A DNA stretch of 64,000 bases from a virus: the IMG/VR virus record IMGVR_UViG_3300021139_000002, positions 1-64,000 of that record; one strand, written 5' to 3'. The position numbers and the translations under genes were made by a program. Shown here one piece after another: positions 53,157-64,000 of the stretch. The notes below the pieces were generated by a model that worked only from the letters and a program-made list of their open reading frames with translations, did not search any database and was not told where the DNA came from. Position 1 is the first letter of the stretch. Every line of letters starts with the position of its first letter.

Positions 53157-54027
53157 TTTAGTCTATCTCAACGCATTAAAAGATATCTTAGAAAATGGCG
53201 AGGACCGTCCTGATCGTACAGGAACTGGTACTCGCAGTATCTTTGGTATGCAGATGCGATTCGATCTCACAGAAGGTTTCCCTGCTATTACTACAAAGAA
53301 GTTAGCATGGAAGGCCTGTATTAGCGAACTATTATGGTTTATTGAAGGAAGCGGCGATGAACGACGGCTCGCTGAGATTCTACATGGAACTCGTGACACT
53401 AGCAAGAAGACTATCTGGACCGATAACGTTACAGCGGATTATTGGATTGCTAGACGCCATCAACGGAACGCAGGAGACCTCGGAAGAGTCTACGGAGTCC
53501 AATGGCGTAGATGGCGCAAACCACTAATTCGTATTAACAAGGTTGTGTTACAAAATCACGATCAGTTAATCGAATTAATCAATGGTATTAAAGAAGATCC
53601 ATACAGCCGTAGACATATCATTACAGCATGGAATCCTGGTGAACTTGATTTAATGGCGTTGCCTCCATGTCACATGATGGCGCAGTTTTACGTTTCGAAT
53701 GGTAAACTGAGTTGCCAAATGTATCAGCGTAGTGCGGATATGTTTCTTGGAGTGCCTTTTAACATTGCAAGTTACGCATTGTTCACGCACATGATTGCAC
53801 AGGTATGTAATTTAGAAGTAGGTGATTTGATTATTACTATTGGCGATGCACACATCTATAACAATCACTTTGAACAAGTAAAGGAGCAATTAACTCGCAA
53901 ACCTTTACCACTACCTACATTAAAATTGAATCCTGATATTTCAGTTATTATGGATTTTGAAATGGAAGATGTTGAGTTAGTAGGTTATCAAAGCCACGAT
54001 GCAATTAAAGCACCAATGGCTGTTTAA
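53146..54027 (+). CDS. thyA: Thymidylate synthase
   Basis: DRTGTGT, ELLWF, YG.QWR, MALPPCH, QRSADMFLGVPFN, HIY. Confidence 0.97.
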   Translation: MHPDLVYLNALKDILENGEDRPDRTGTGTRSIFGMQMRFDLTEGFPAITTKKLAWKACISELLWFIEGSGDERRLAEILHGTRDTSKKTIWTDNVTADYWIARRHQRNAGDLGRVYGVQWRRWRKPLIRINKVVLQNHDQLIELINGIKEDPYSRRHIITAWNPGELDLMALPPCHMMAQFYVSNGKLSCQMYQRSADMFLGVPFNIASYALFTHMIAQVCNLEVGDLIITIGDAHIYNNHFEQVKEQLTRKPLPLPTLKLNPDISVIMDFEMEDVELVGYQSHDAIKAPMAV

Positions 54028-55214
54028 ACTTTAACTTCAATAACTGCAAAGCCTTCGGAGTTCGCTTCGAGGGCTTTTCCAATTATAGCTCCCGAATGTA
54101 CAGAGCTAGCCGCTGTGGCATATCCCGGATGTGCGCTTGTAACTAGTAGGTCACCCTTTTTAATATAGCCCACAACTTTGCAAGGAACACGACCTTTTAA
54201 GGCAATATAGGGGTGAGTTTCGTCGGTTCCGGCGTCGGAATTCATCATATATGCCGGGTTTTTACTCACTATACCCGCTACCCGTGTATCTGCGAATTGA
54301 TCAGTAGTAGTAACTTCTTTTTCGCCGCCGATTACTAATACGGTTCCAACTTCGTATTCTTGATCTGCTTCATATCGTTCAGCAATATCTGCATACAATG
54401 CACTAGATGCCGTAATGTTTAAAATGTTAGTAGACGGATCATAAGAAAAAGTACTGGTTGTAGATAATATATTTTGACCAGTTTCATTAGCAACAAACGG
54501 TACATATTGAGTTTGAGAACCAGTAAGATTATGAGTTATTACTGATTGTGCTTGCAATGAATCAGATGCAGTTCCCCACAACAAATAACCAGTTGTTGTA
54601 CTACTTGCACTAACACCTGTTATAGGATCAGTATTGTATAAATTAATACCTTTCTTAATTAGAGGAAATTGTGTAAGATTTTCTGAAGAGTCTGGAGTGT
54701 ATGCTGTGTTAGAAATTTCAACAACCGATACTCCTCCTAATAATCCTTGAATAGCATATTCTTCTGTTAAAGAGGAATCAAGTACTCTAGAAAAATCCCA
54801 AGAGCTTCCGCCGCCGCCGTTTGCTTGGCTTGCAGACCATGTTCCACTTACTGATTCATATACCTTGATTTGACCATTAACACTATCCCACCATAAGTCA
54901 CCTGTAGTTGCATTCTTTGGAGCAGATGAACTATACGGAACGTTTGCTAAATCTCTAAAATTATTACCGTCATATGAAACCAATAAACGTCTAGAATTTG
55001 GATTACTATTAAACCATAACTGACCTTGTATAGGTTTAGTAGGTTGCGAAGTATTAGCAAAGTTTTCTAATAACTTAACAAAGTTTTCTTCAATAGTTTG
55101 TCCGTAACCAGAATAGTTTCTTCCAACAAATGTTAAACTTGTTGAATTGTCTACACTAGCATCTTGTACCGTTGCTAATGTTGTTCCGTTAGTTTTCTTT
55201 AAAATATATGGCAT
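54024..55214 (-). CDS. Tail/baseplate structural protein with C-terminal chaperone-like domain
   Basis: GRNY.GYG…ENF..LLENFA…GQLWF; YADIAERY…GRVPCKV.G.I.KGD.LV. Confidence 0.7.
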   Translation of the reverse strand: MPYILKKTNGTTLATVQDASVDNSTSLTFVGRNYSGYGQTIEENFVKLLENFANTSQPTKPIQGQLWFNSNPNSRRLLVSYDGNNFRDLANVPYSSSAPKNATTGDLWWDSVNGQIKVYESVSGTWSASQANGGGGSSWDFSRVLDSSLTEEYAIQGLLGGVSVVEISNTAYTPDSSENLTQFPLIKKGINLYNTDPITGVSASSTTTGYLLWGTASDSLQAQSVITHNLTGSQTQYVPFVANETGQNILSTTSTFSYDPSTNILNITASSALYADIAERYEADQEYEVGTVLVIGGEKEVTTTDQFADTRVAGIVSKNPAYMMNSDAGTDETHPYIALKGRVPCKVVGYIKKGDLLVTSAHPGYATAASSVHSGAIIGKALEANSEGFAVIEVKV

Positions 55215-55220
55215 AGTGTA

Positions 55221-55958
55221 TTATTGATATAAAGGTAGATAATAATTAGACCCGCCAACATCAACTTTTAACCAAGAAGCAGGAGTGGACGAATTAGTAG
55301 GTGTACCAGTTGTATGACCAACATGTAGGTTACCAGTTGCTTTGATATCTCCAATAATAGTCAGGCCGGCAGCAATTGCAAATGAACTAGTACCAGCGTT
55401 AACAAATGTACTAGTGGATGTAGCAGTATTGGCAACAAAAGACGATGTGGTTATTGCACCAATTACATCACCATAACTTTTTAATAATGTTACATTTTTT
55501 GCATTAGAACTTTGATCTACTATCGTAGTTAGAGAGGGTTGCCAACCACTAACATCGTACATAGGAAATGATGTTAGAGAACGATATTGTCCTGTATCAT
55601 CTAGAAAGTTTAAAGATGCGTTAGTAGGGTTATACCAAAACTCTCCAGGAACTTGTCCAATAGGTTGTGATGTAGAAATTGTAGGTGAATTAACTGGAGT
55701 AAATCCAGTATCATTATCAAAGACTTTTAAAACACCATAGGTAGCATCATACCAAAGTTGCCCTTGCAGAGGATTATTAGGAGGAATACTATTAGTAGAA
55801 AAATTACTCAACATATCAACCAAGTTTTGATTGATATATCTTCCGTAGTTGTTAACATCTCTGCCAATTAAGGCGATGCTGGTTGTAGCTGTATTAATTT
55901 TACCTGTTGCTACCGTAGTTAATATTGTTCCGCTGCTGGTGTAGATAATATATGACAT
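55221..55958 (-). CDS. Tail/baseplate structural protein, paralog of downstream gene
   Basis: Same N-terminal pattern (IGR…YG…N…L.NF…GQLW). Confidence 0.7.
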   Translation of the reverse strand: MSYIIYTSSGTILTTVATGKINTATTSIALIGRDVNNYGRYINQNLVDMLSNFSTNSIPPNNPLQGQLWYDATYGVLKVFDNDTGFTPVNSPTISTSQPIGQVPGEFWYNPTNASLNFLDDTGQYRSLTSFPMYDVSGWQPSLTTIVDQSSNAKNVTLLKSYGDVIGAITTSSFVANTATSTSTFVNAGTSSFAIAAGLTIIGDIKATGNLHVGHTTGTPTNSSTPASWLKVDVGGSNYYLPLYQ

Positions 55959-55968
55959 TTTACACCTC

Positions 55969-56586
55969 TTAACTTGTTAGACTTTGTACACGAACGGTAT
56001 AGTCAATCTGAATTAATCGATTCAAGCTCTTTTGCACAGGATGGAAAATAACATGAGTAAGTAAAGATCCCATGCCAGGACCGTCTGGTGTATAAGCTCT
56101 TAAACCTAACTCGTCAAATACATAAGATTCATTAGAGTTAGCCGCAGTATCAAAAGCATCTTGTCCGGAAGGCTCTCCAAAATCTAATAAACAACTTACT
56201 AAAATATCTGTGTAGTATGCTCCTGCAACGTGTCTAACTTCCATAAAGTTTCTAGCAGGGTTTAAATCTCCAGGACGATTTGCATCAACCTGTTTAATAT
56301 ATGTTTGGTTATATAAACTAGCGGAACTATCAATTACGTTTGGAGTTAGATATGTGATAATACCTGTATCATCTACGCGAGTACCTCCGTTACCAAAACA
56401 CATTTCAGCAATCATTCCAAATCCTTGATTGCTGATACTTTGTGCTAATGCCAAACTAAAATTTTCATAGTGAATAGCGTTGTCTTTGTCTATTAAGACT
56501 TCTCCAGAAACTGGATCGTAAATTTTGATATGGCCTTTCACTGAAAAAGCACCTTTATCTTTTGGATTTGTAAAAGTTTGACTCAT
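55969..56586 (-). CDS. Conserved virion structural (baseplate-region) protein
   Basis: Minus-strand TAAATA at 56607-56612 favours ATG 56586; HVIFHPVQKSLNR.IQIDYTVR. Confidence 0.7.
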   Translation of the reverse strand: MSQTFTNPKDKGAFSVKGHIKIYDPVSGEVLIDKDNAIHYENFSLALAQSISNQGFGMIAEMCFGNGGTRVDDTGIITYLTPNVIDSSASLYNQTYIKQVDANRPGDLNPARNFMEVRHVAGAYYTDILVSCLLDFGEPSGQDAFDTAANSNESYVFDELGLRAYTPDGPGMGSLLTHVIFHPVQKSLNRLIQIDYTVRVQSLTS

Positions 56587-56619
56587 TTTTTTATGTTCCG
56601 ATATGCTATTTATACTCAA

Positions 56620-57861
56620 TTAAAGAGAGGCTATCCTTGCCTGAAAGTCTGAGAAACTGGTACTTGCGGCTACTACTGCTTGAAGTGTTGCTTTACTTAT
56701 GTAAGATGTTGCTGTAAACGCAGTAGTTTGTACTGAAGTGTCTGGAAATTTCAATCCAGTATTGTCTAACTGATATCCTAAAATAGTAGCAGTTGATGTT
56801 GATAATGTTGCAATATGACTTTGATTAGAATTACTAATTATATGCAGATCGCTATTGTAATGATTTTCAGTAGGTTCTAAAACCAAACTTCTAATAGTAC
56901 TAGATGTATATGTAGCACTGGACATTGTATAGAAAACCATTTCTGATCCAGCTTGGGTGCCACTATAATCAGAACTTGCATGTACCTGAATGCTCGCTAC
57001 GTTGACGCCATTGTTAGAAGCGTCTGTTTGATTTATTCCGTTAAACCCAATATAACCTACGGTGTCCTGATGTGCTAATGGTTGTTTAAATCCGTTATAT
57101 GTATTGCTTCTACTGGTAACAAAGATATAAGCATTGGTAGATGTTAAAGTAGCATTCGGTGCTGTATTATCTTGTGTCGGTAATCCGTATTGTACTAGTT
57201 GCGAGTTAACAAAACTAACCTGCGCTCTACCAGGACCCATAAATGTGTGAACACCGTCGGTGGTTGTGTTAATATCCATCGGAGTGTTAGACATAGCACC
57301 AATTTGAATTATGTTTAAAGAGGGTAACGCAGGATTGCCTGTCGAGGTGCTGGTAACTATAATATTTCTAACTTTGCTGTTTATAGAAAGTTGAGTATTG
57401 TTAGGCTGATGATAAATGAACCATCCGGCTCCGGCGGCGGTAGTTTTAGTTCCGTTGTTGGCCCAATTTTCAGAAGCAAACCCTGCGAATGCCACACTAG
57501 GTATCTTCTCTCCCTGGACAATATCTTCATTACCATCAAATCCGCCAAATCTTAAAGAACCAATACCATCATTTGTTTGTAATGCAGTTCCGTCAGAATG
57601 ATAAAAGTCTGTTTGAAATCCGTGCTGTGATTCGCCATTAGAATCTGGTGCAAAGTCTTGTATAGTAACACTTCTAAATGTTACGTCAGTAGTCGTAAAC
57701 AAGTTTTGATCAGTTTTAAGGGTAGCAGGCAATGTTGCTTCTAATTGCGACACTAATTGTCCATAGCTAAATCTTCTCGCCAGCCCTTGATCAGACAAAA
57801 TAAAATAAGATTGCTGATCGGTTGCTGTTGTAATTGTTTGTAATAAATTTATATTTGGCAT
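56620..57861 (-). CDS. Tail fibre-like structural protein
   Basis: S/T/N/G-rich, repeated D..G.I.F.G.DG-type beta motifs. Confidence 0.6.
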   Translation of the reverse strand: MPNINLLQTITTATDQQSYFILSDQGLARRFSYGQLVSQLEATLPATLKTDQNLFTTTDVTFRSVTIQDFAPDSNGESQHGFQTDFYHSDGTALQTNDGIGSLRFGGFDGNEDIVQGEKIPSVAFAGFASENWANNGTKTTAAGAGWFIYHQPNNTQLSINSKVRNIIVTSTSTGNPALPSLNIIQIGAMSNTPMDINTTTDGVHTFMGPGRAQVSFVNSQLVQYGLPTQDNTAPNATLTSTNAYIFVTSRSNTYNGFKQPLAHQDTVGYIGFNGINQTDASNNGVNVASIQVHASSDYSGTQAGSEMVFYTMSSATYTSSTIRSLVLEPTENHYNSDLHIISNSNQSHIATLSTSTATILGYQLDNTGLKFPDTSVQTTAFTATSYISKATLQAVVAASTSFSDFQARIASL

Positions 57862-60800
57862 TTAAGTTCTTCCTGTTAAAATGCTACCATTTTCATCTGT
57901 CAATGGAACACCATTTTGATCTCTTAGTACGATATCACCTTCATAGTAATACGAGTTAGGCAATTCAGTAGGGAATTGTTTCAATTGACCTGCTATCGTT
58001 GTGCTACTTTCCCATAGAGGTAATGTTACACCCGGGCTAACTACCGTATTAAATGTATTACTTAAAGCAGATTTTTTAACAATTGCTAATTCTATATTGC
58101 TTTCGACTACAATATTTAATTGAATAGTTTGTGTGTTATTATGTGCAACGGTAAATTCTTGAGGTAATTCAGTTAAACCAGTATATACCCATCCTGGATA
58201 TTGTACGTTTGTTGATCTATTTCCTACATACTGCCATACTTGACCAGATGATACAAGTATGTAAGCATCATTTAACATTGCTGATTGTGTAGACAGGTCA
58301 CTGGTTGTTCCTTGAATGTACGACTCGTCTATACTATCATATGCAATGGTTGTATCATGTACAAATATAGGAGATTTTCTAAGTTGACGGCCGCCGTAAT
58401 ACACTTCTAATTGATCGTTATATGGTAGAGAATCTACTAATTTAATACCTGCAGATGCAATTGTAGCTGTAGTTCCTGGAACTGGCGAAGTATAAGACGA
58501 AGTACTTATATGATAAACAGAATTTGTAGCCGTAGTAAAAATATATTGAATACTTACCGCTTCTGGATTTCCAAGAACTTGTAACGTTCCTTGATCAACA
58601 ACCTTCGATCCATATAATAAGTGCGGCGATACTCCAGTTCCGAGTGTACCTCTTGTTATTTCGTCTAATTTATAGCCGCCTGATGCTACGGTAATTTGAT
58701 TAAATTCAATTCTTTCTGCGTTGATCAGCACCACACCAGGTGTAGTTTCAGTAGGAGCAGTAAGAACCGTAGCATCTGCAACATAGATTTCAGTATCATC
58801 AGGCGCTAATGGTTTGGTTAGATATGTTGTATTTGCTTTACTTAATCTAGTAAACGTTGTATGTCCTAACAAGTCATTAAAGATTCTGTAGCCAAGAACC
58901 GTATCAATATATTGGGGACTCTTGAAGCTGATAATTTCTACCGTATCTAAATTTGAAATATTCCAACTATCGCTAATTTGAACCGTAACGTTATCATCTA
59001 ATAAAATGTAATCAATACCGTTTATCAATCCAGAAACCGTATCATTTTGATGTATGATCGAAACCCACATGTAGATATCATTGCTAACAGGTCTGTTCAT
59101 AATGAATCGCCTGTTTGGATTTCCTACAAAGTTTTCTATGTCAACGCCCATCTTACCTGTAGTGTCTATAAAAGTAACAACTTTAATTAAATCACCGGGG
59201 TTCAAATGTACAGAAATTGTTAGTGTAGACCCAACAATTGTGTATTCGTTCTTAGAAGTCAATAGTCTATTAGCAACTCCATTAACAATTTTTTCTACAA
59301 TATAATCACCTTCCACATTTAATGTAAACGTAGTCATCGAAGAAGTAGAAGAAGCAACAAATTGTTGATCAATTATTTGATTAAAATTACTATGAGATTC
59401 TGTAAAGAACCAGGCTTGGACAGCATTACCTTGAGATGAATCTAACCCGTTAACGGTGACTACAGCAGGTCCTCGATTATTTGCAGAAACATCTAGAACA
59501 TAATCAGATGTAGGAATTCCGTTAACCGTTACGTATACATCTTTTACAATATTAGCAAGATATCCACTGCTAACAATACCAACTGAGCTGTTTGTTGTAA
59601 TAACAGATTCGCTGTCAATTAATCCAAAATTGTTTGTGCCGCCTCCAACACCCACCATGCTGTAACTTAATTTTCCAGACGATACTTGAGGCGGAATTAT
59701 TAATCGTTGTCCTACCCAATCAATTTCAAAACTAAGAGCGCCAGGCATTATTGGCGCACACTCTAATATAGTACCGTTTAGGATAACAGAAATACTATCA
59801 ACCGTAACCGGCAACATAGGTAACGGATAATATTGCAAATCAGCACTAGGAGAAACATCAAAATATCCTGTTACTATTGTAGGTGCTTGAGCAGGACCTT
59901 GTGTATATACGTTAATTCCTAGCGTATCAATTGCAAAACCTGGAAGTAATTCTTCAGGTGCGTGACCAGATGCTGTGTTAATAAAACCTAACTCGCCACT
60001 TAATGTAATATCTTCAGGATTAGTTCCTAATGCAGATACTCTACCATCTGCATTCCAGGTACCACCTTCAATATTGCTATAAGGGTAAACACCGCCATAC
60101 GGGTTTACAAATCTTTGACCGTCGACTAAGGTACCTGGATAACTTATTCCATCCATTAAGACCGTTAGGTCGAGACCAATCATGCCGTTTGTAGCCGTAT
60201 AATATGCCAGTATGCGATCAGTTGCATTAAGAATGTCTGCACTCTTCTTATACTTAATTGTAATTGTTGCATTATTTGCAGGAGCATTATTAACAAAAAC
60301 AAGTTTAGCAAACTTTTTAGAATAACCGTTATAAGGTTGTTCATAATAATCAATAGTCCATTCACTACTTAAGGAAATGACGCTGTTTATTTTTACAGAA
60401 ATTCCTGTTTTATTAAATGCAGGAACCCAACCTAAAACAAACTCAGATGTAATACCGTCTGCTATGAATGTATCAACTACTTCAAATCCACCAGATTGTC
60501 CTACATAACTAGTCCTATCAAATTTTAATTCAATAGTAGAAACTCTGTCTTGTTCGATAATATCAGTGTATGTAGGCTCTAACACTGAATATTCAGTTGT
60601 AAAGTTTCTAATCTGCGTATGATAAGGTTTAACTTCGTTGATATAATCTTCAAAGAAAGAACTATCGTTTAATTTATACACAGGAGGCTGATACAATTCA
60701 CCAGATGTATTTGTTACATTGATGAATGATGTTTTAAAAGCCCAATCTAAAAGTTTTTGTTCTGTTAAAGCGTACTTAACTGCCTTGAAGAACAACAGGT

Positions 60801-63800
60801 TCCAATTTATTTTTAGCTCGTTAATAAACAAATCGTTCTTCAATGCTTTAATAATGTATTCAAGTTCTGTGTCAGGTGTTTGATCATACAATGTTTGATC
60901 ATAGGTATTAAGATTATCCCAATTTAGCAAGCTGTTTGAAACATCCCAAATATCACTATTAAACTGGATTGTTCCATTTTGTTTATAGACTAAATCGTAT
61001 CCATCTCCATAACTACCTAAGACACCATCGGCGGCTTTTCTTAGCACAATATAATTGCCGTCACCGCCATTGTTAACTTTAACATATTGGCCTTCGACCG
61101 TAGATACAGAACTAAGTTCATAAGGACTACCGATGACCGCAGTATAAATTTGATATTGATTATAATCTACACTTGCATAGTCAACATAGTCCCAATACAA
61201 TGTTGTATCATAGCTTTGTGTATGGGCCCTGTTCCAAGAATAGGTTACATAATCCCATTCGTATTGAGACCACTTACCATTATAAGTATCATCACTTTGT
61301 ACAATAACCGTTTGAGGACGAGCAATTAATCTAAATTTAGAACTGAATCCGTTACCAGGATGTATAATTGATGCACTTATGATGCTACCGTGTTCGTTGA
61401 CAACGGTTTTCATTTCAAATCCAGAACTATATGTATTAGGAACATCGCGGGTAAGGAAACGAGTTCTTAAATCATCAAACGTAGTCGTTGCATTGTCGAA
61501 TATAGTTTCATACAAGTCGTTAGCAATAGTAAATGTAGGTCCTTCGTAACCAATAACGGTCCCTGTTGAACTATATACAGGATTTAGTGTTCCATATCCG
61601 TATCCAGCATCTGCAATTTGTACAAGCTCAATAGATCCATTTGCATTTGGTGTGCAGTTAATTATAGCCTGTCTATATCCAGATGTATCAATTGATGTTA
61701 AAGATGCATTATCTTCTACCAAATTATCGTATGTATTCCCGTATTGGTTAGGAATTTCTTCCTGTGCATTTAAGTTTTTAAAACTATACTTGCCAGTAAC
61801 AGGAATATTAATTAAAACATTATTTGAAAATTCAATAATATTTCTTAATGCCGCATGTCTATCGTTAAACATTGTTTGACGAGGACGAACTGATGTTCCG
61901 TAACGTGTTCTTTCAGATAATGCAATATCAGGAACTATGTTACCAAACTTGTCATGACCTAACAAGCTATCTATCAGTTTCTGTTCAAGACTTAACGGTG
62001 GCATGTTAACTGCATCGCCTTCTTGAAGCAATTTCCATTGAGTGTGTCTCGGTGTAACTACAGAAGAACTAGAAGAATCTTGTGCAATATTAATACTGAT
62101 AGTATTTCCTACTGGAATATTTCCTACGTTGCTCAACATAATAGCATCTTTTGAAATAATAGATGCAAAACTTAAACCATAAGCTGATGGATCTGCAATA
62201 GCAGATGCTACTGCATACGAACTTAGTCGTCTATCTTTATGTAAAGGTACCGTTACTTTATTCTTAACCCAGAAATAATAAACATTACTAAAAGTATTTG
62301 TTATTGTATCGTAAACTTGCTTAACAGAAATAACACTATTATCAACAAACTTAGGCTGACCACTAATTCCTTTTGCAAGACCTGCTGGAGTATCCGCAAT
62401 AGCTGCCCAAGCACTAGGCAACATTGTAGAGCTTACCCATTCATATACGTCGATGGTTGCTCCTGGGAATAATTTACCCCAATTGTTTTTACGATATTCA
62501 AGGTCTCCTTGTTCATACCAAACGTATTTGGCTGTACTCAAATCCCACCATAATTCGCCAACATGGTCATCTAACCAATTTTTGTCTGTGTTGTTATTTG
62601 TTCCAGCAACACCAATAGAGTAAATTGCAGGATCGCTGATAAGTTTATATGTTAACTCTTGTTCTGCAATGCCTGGAATCTTACCTTTCAGAGGATCAAA
62701 CAGATCTAGATAGTTAATTATTTTTTCTTTTTCAGTATCAATAATTGCTATTCTACTTATAGGACTGATATCAGTAAACGTATCTTGTTCTACAATTTTG
62801 CTTAGACTATTTGTGGTTGTATCAATTTTATCAAATACAAAGAATCCAGATGAGATACTAGTATTGTCAATTGCAGGAGCACCAGCAATTACTTCAGTAT
62901 CGTCAACGACAATAGATTTTGCAAAATTATTACCATGAGTCGTTAAAATATAAGAATCAGTTAGTTCTTGACTATATACAAACCTAGCAGACTTTTTGTA
63001 ATAAACATAGATAGTTCCTGATCCTACTTCAGTTCCTTTTATCTTTGTAATATTGCCGTCAAACGTCATATTACTACTATCAAATGTTGTGTTTAATGTA
63101 CGATTAATACCGGTTGCAGAAACAATCAGTGTATCATTTCCTATTGTAATATCCATCGAAGAACCAAAGTGCATACCTTGCCCTGCTACAGGATTATATA
63201 ATGTTTGATCTAAAACAAATGTACCATTAACATTTTTATATACTGAAACTTGCCCGTACGATCCGTCAGCATTACCTACAAACATATACGTGCCATCAGG
63301 GCTAACATTAATAGAAGTATTAGCAATATTAATTGTTTGAATGTTGGTTAAAGATTTGTTATAAATTTTAACCAAATCACCATTACCAATTGCAATAATT
63401 GTTGCATCTTCGGAACCAGACAAGGCAGTAATGTTTAATTCAGATGCTACCTTTGACAGATATGTTACTGATATAGTTCCCCCATTGTCTTTAATTTCAT
63501 ATGCATATACTGCATTATTTGCACCAATCAATACAAGTTTATTTTTTGTATTTCTTTCAACAAAAATAAATTTTCCAAAATTAGTCGAGTTATTGTAATC
63601 TGGGTTTCCTACATAAGCAAATACACCTTCTGAGAATATATTTGTATTAATGGAACTTATTTTTACAATACCATGAGTTACTAATGGAGCACCTACAAAT
63701 ACCAATCCGTATCTTGTTCCAGTAAAAGGAGTATCATCATAAACTATCGTACTGCCGAAACCGGTAGGTACATAAGAATAACTTGTACCAATTCTCCATC

Positions 63801-63999
63801 TAGCTATTTCTTGGTATGAACCGTCAGCTTTTTCATATAAACGACAAATTCCGTAGTATAAAGAATTATAATTAACAGGATCGCCTACGACCAATACATT
63901 ATCGCCTTTTCTCTTGCTGATTGCATATCCAAGTTGTTCGTGTGAAGATAATGACAATGTAGGAGTTGTATTATAATTATTAATTTTTTCGTATACCTC
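57862..63999 (-). CDS. Very large virion structural (baseplate wedge-like) protein, 5' end beyond window
   Basis: >2000-aa frame open to the window edge; FG-GAP-like propeller repeats (VGAP, FG..I); YINEVKPYHT. Confidence 0.75.
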   Translation of the reverse strand, partial: EVYEKINNYNTTPTLSLSSHEQLGYAISKRKGDNVLVVGDPVNYNSLYYGICRLYEKADGSYQEIARWRIGTSYSYVPTGFGSTIVYDDTPFTGTRYGLVFVGAPLVTHGIVKISSINTNIFSEGVFAYVGNPDYNNSTNFGKFIFVERNTKNKLVLIGANNAVYAYEIKDNGGTISVTYLSKVASELNITALSGSEDATIIAIGNGDLVKIYNKSLTNIQTINIANTSINVSPDGTYMFVGNADGSYGQVSVYKNVNGTFVLDQTLYNPVAGQGMHFGSSMDITIGNDTLIVSATGINRTLNTTFDSSNMTFDGNITKIKGTEVGSGTIYVYYKKSARFVYSQELTDSYILTTHGNNFAKSIVVDDTEVIAGAPAIDNTSISSGFFVFDKIDTTTNSLSKIVEQDTFTDISPISRIAIIDTEKEKIINYLDLFDPLKGKIPGIAEQELTYKLISDPAIYSIGVAGTNNNTDKNWLDDHVGELWWDLSTAKYVWYEQGDLEYRKNNWGKLFPGATIDVYEWVSSTMLPSAWAAIADTPAGLAKGISGQPKFVDNSVISVKQVYDTITNTFSNVYYFWVKNKVTVPLHKDRRLSSYAVASAIADPSAYGLSFASIISKDAIMLSNVGNIPVGNTISINIAQDSSSSSVVTPRHTQWKLLQEGDAVNMPPLSLEQKLIDSLLGHDKFGNIVPDIALSERTRYGTSVRPRQTMFNDRHAALRNIIEFSNNVLINIPVTGKYSFKNLNAQEEIPNQYGNTYDNLVEDNASLTSIDTSGYRQAIINCTPNANGSIELVQIADAGYGYGTLNPVYSSTGTVIGYEGPTFTIANDLYETIFDNATTTFDDLRTRFLTRDVPNTYSSGFEMKTVVNEHGSIISASIIHPGNGFSSKFRLIARPQTVIVQSDDTYNGKWSQYEWDYVTYSWNRAHTQSYDTTLYWDYVDYASVDYNQYQIYTAVIGSPYELSSVSTVEGQYVKVNNGGDGNYIVLRKAADGVLGSYGDGYDLVYKQNGTIQFNSDIWDVSNSLLNWDNLNTYDQTLYDQTPDTELEYIIKALKNDLFINELKINWNLLFFKAVKYALTEQKLLDWAFKTSFINVTNTSGELYQPPVYKLNDSSFFEDYINEVKPYHTQIRNFTTEYSVLEPTYTDIIEQDRVSTIELKFDRTSYVGQSGGFEVVDTFIADGITSEFVLGWVPAFNKTGISVKINSVISLSSEWTIDYYEQPYNGYSKKFAKLVFVNNAPANNATITIKYKKSADILNATDRILAYYTATNGMIGLDLTVLMDGISYPGTLVDGQRFVNPYGGVYPYSNIEGGTWNADGRVSALGTNPEDITLSGELGFINTASGHAPEELLPGFAIDTLGINVYTQGPAQAPTIVTGYFDVSPSADLQYYPLPMLPVTVDSISVILNGTILECAPIMPGALSFEIDWVGQRLIIPPQVSSGKLSYSMVGVGGGTNNFGLIDSESVITTNSSVGIVSSGYLANIVKDVYVTVNGIPTSDYVLDVSANNRGPAVVTVNGLDSSQGNAVQAWFFTESHSNFNQIIDQQFVASSTSSMTTFTLNVEGDYIVEKIVNGVANRLLTSKNEYTIVGSTLTISVHLNPGDLIKVVTFIDTTGKMGVDIENFVGNPNRRFIMNRPVSNDIYMWVSIIHQNDTVSGLINGIDYILLDDNVTVQISDSWNISNLDTVEIISFKSPQYIDTVLGYRIFNDLLGHTTFTRLSKANTTYLTKPLAPDDTEIYVADATVLTAPTETTPGVVLINAERIEFNQITVASGGYKLDEITRGTLGTGVSPHLLYGSKVVDQGTLQVLGNPEAVSIQYIFTTATNSVYHISTSSYTSPVPGTTATIASAGIKLVDSLPYNDQLEVYYGGRQLRKSPIFVHDTTIAYDSIDESYIQGTTSDLSTQSAMLNDAYILVSSGQVWQYVGNRSTNVQYPGWVYTGLTELPQEFTVAHNNTQTIQLNIVVESNIELAIVKKSALSNTFNTVVSPGVTLPLWESSTTIAGQLKQFPTELPNSYYYEGDIVLRDQNGVPLTDENGSILTGRT

Positions 64000-64000
64000 C

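Noticed and set aside
1-64000. Stop-codon reassignment, tRNA/rRNA genes, integrase or transposase
   Set aside because: Genes are full length in the standard code, intergenic gaps are short with no cloverleaf seen by eye, and no recombinase motifs were recognised; tRNAscan-SE would confirm

Overview
AT-rich, densely coded 64-kb segment of a large (probably jumbo) T4-like tailed dsDNA phage. Spanin-like lipoproteins and sigma70-type promoters point to a Gram-negative host; genes read in the standard code. Contents: (1) replication genes: family-B DNA polymerase, sliding clamp, clamp loader, RNase H/5'-3' exonuclease, ThyA and a stand-alone DnaE fragment; (2) a proteostasis set: ClpP, ClpA, DnaJ, GroES, peptide deformylase, MoxR AAA plus VWA/HExxH partner; (3) a lysis cassette: spanins, GH19 endolysin, 3-TM holin with an FG-rich tail; (4) tail/baseplate genes; (5) auxiliary genes: PhoH, Dps, UvsE, fatty-acid desaturase, UDP-xylose synthase, MazG; (6) a 7-deazaguanine DNA-modification pathway (QueD, QueE, TGT/DpdA-like, DpdL-like T-fold) clustered with a glycosyltransferase, a cupin and a radical-SAM enzyme. 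The most unusual element is a late cluster (about 25.7-34.2 kb) of proteins with T4-like capsid-targeting N-termini and Glu-ending, probably protease-cleaved linkers. One of its genes is an in-frame cassette array delimited by a DNA-conserved repeat, CAAGGTGTGGCGGAAG (QGVAE). Also notable: a preQ1-riboswitch-like pseudoknot upstream of queD, twin GCCRMAAA-loop hairpins upstream of the polymerase, and recurrent RBS-sequestering hairpins containing TAAATA late promoters. No tRNA, rRNA or CRISPR array was seen. All family assignments are by-eye motif recognition, not database searches.
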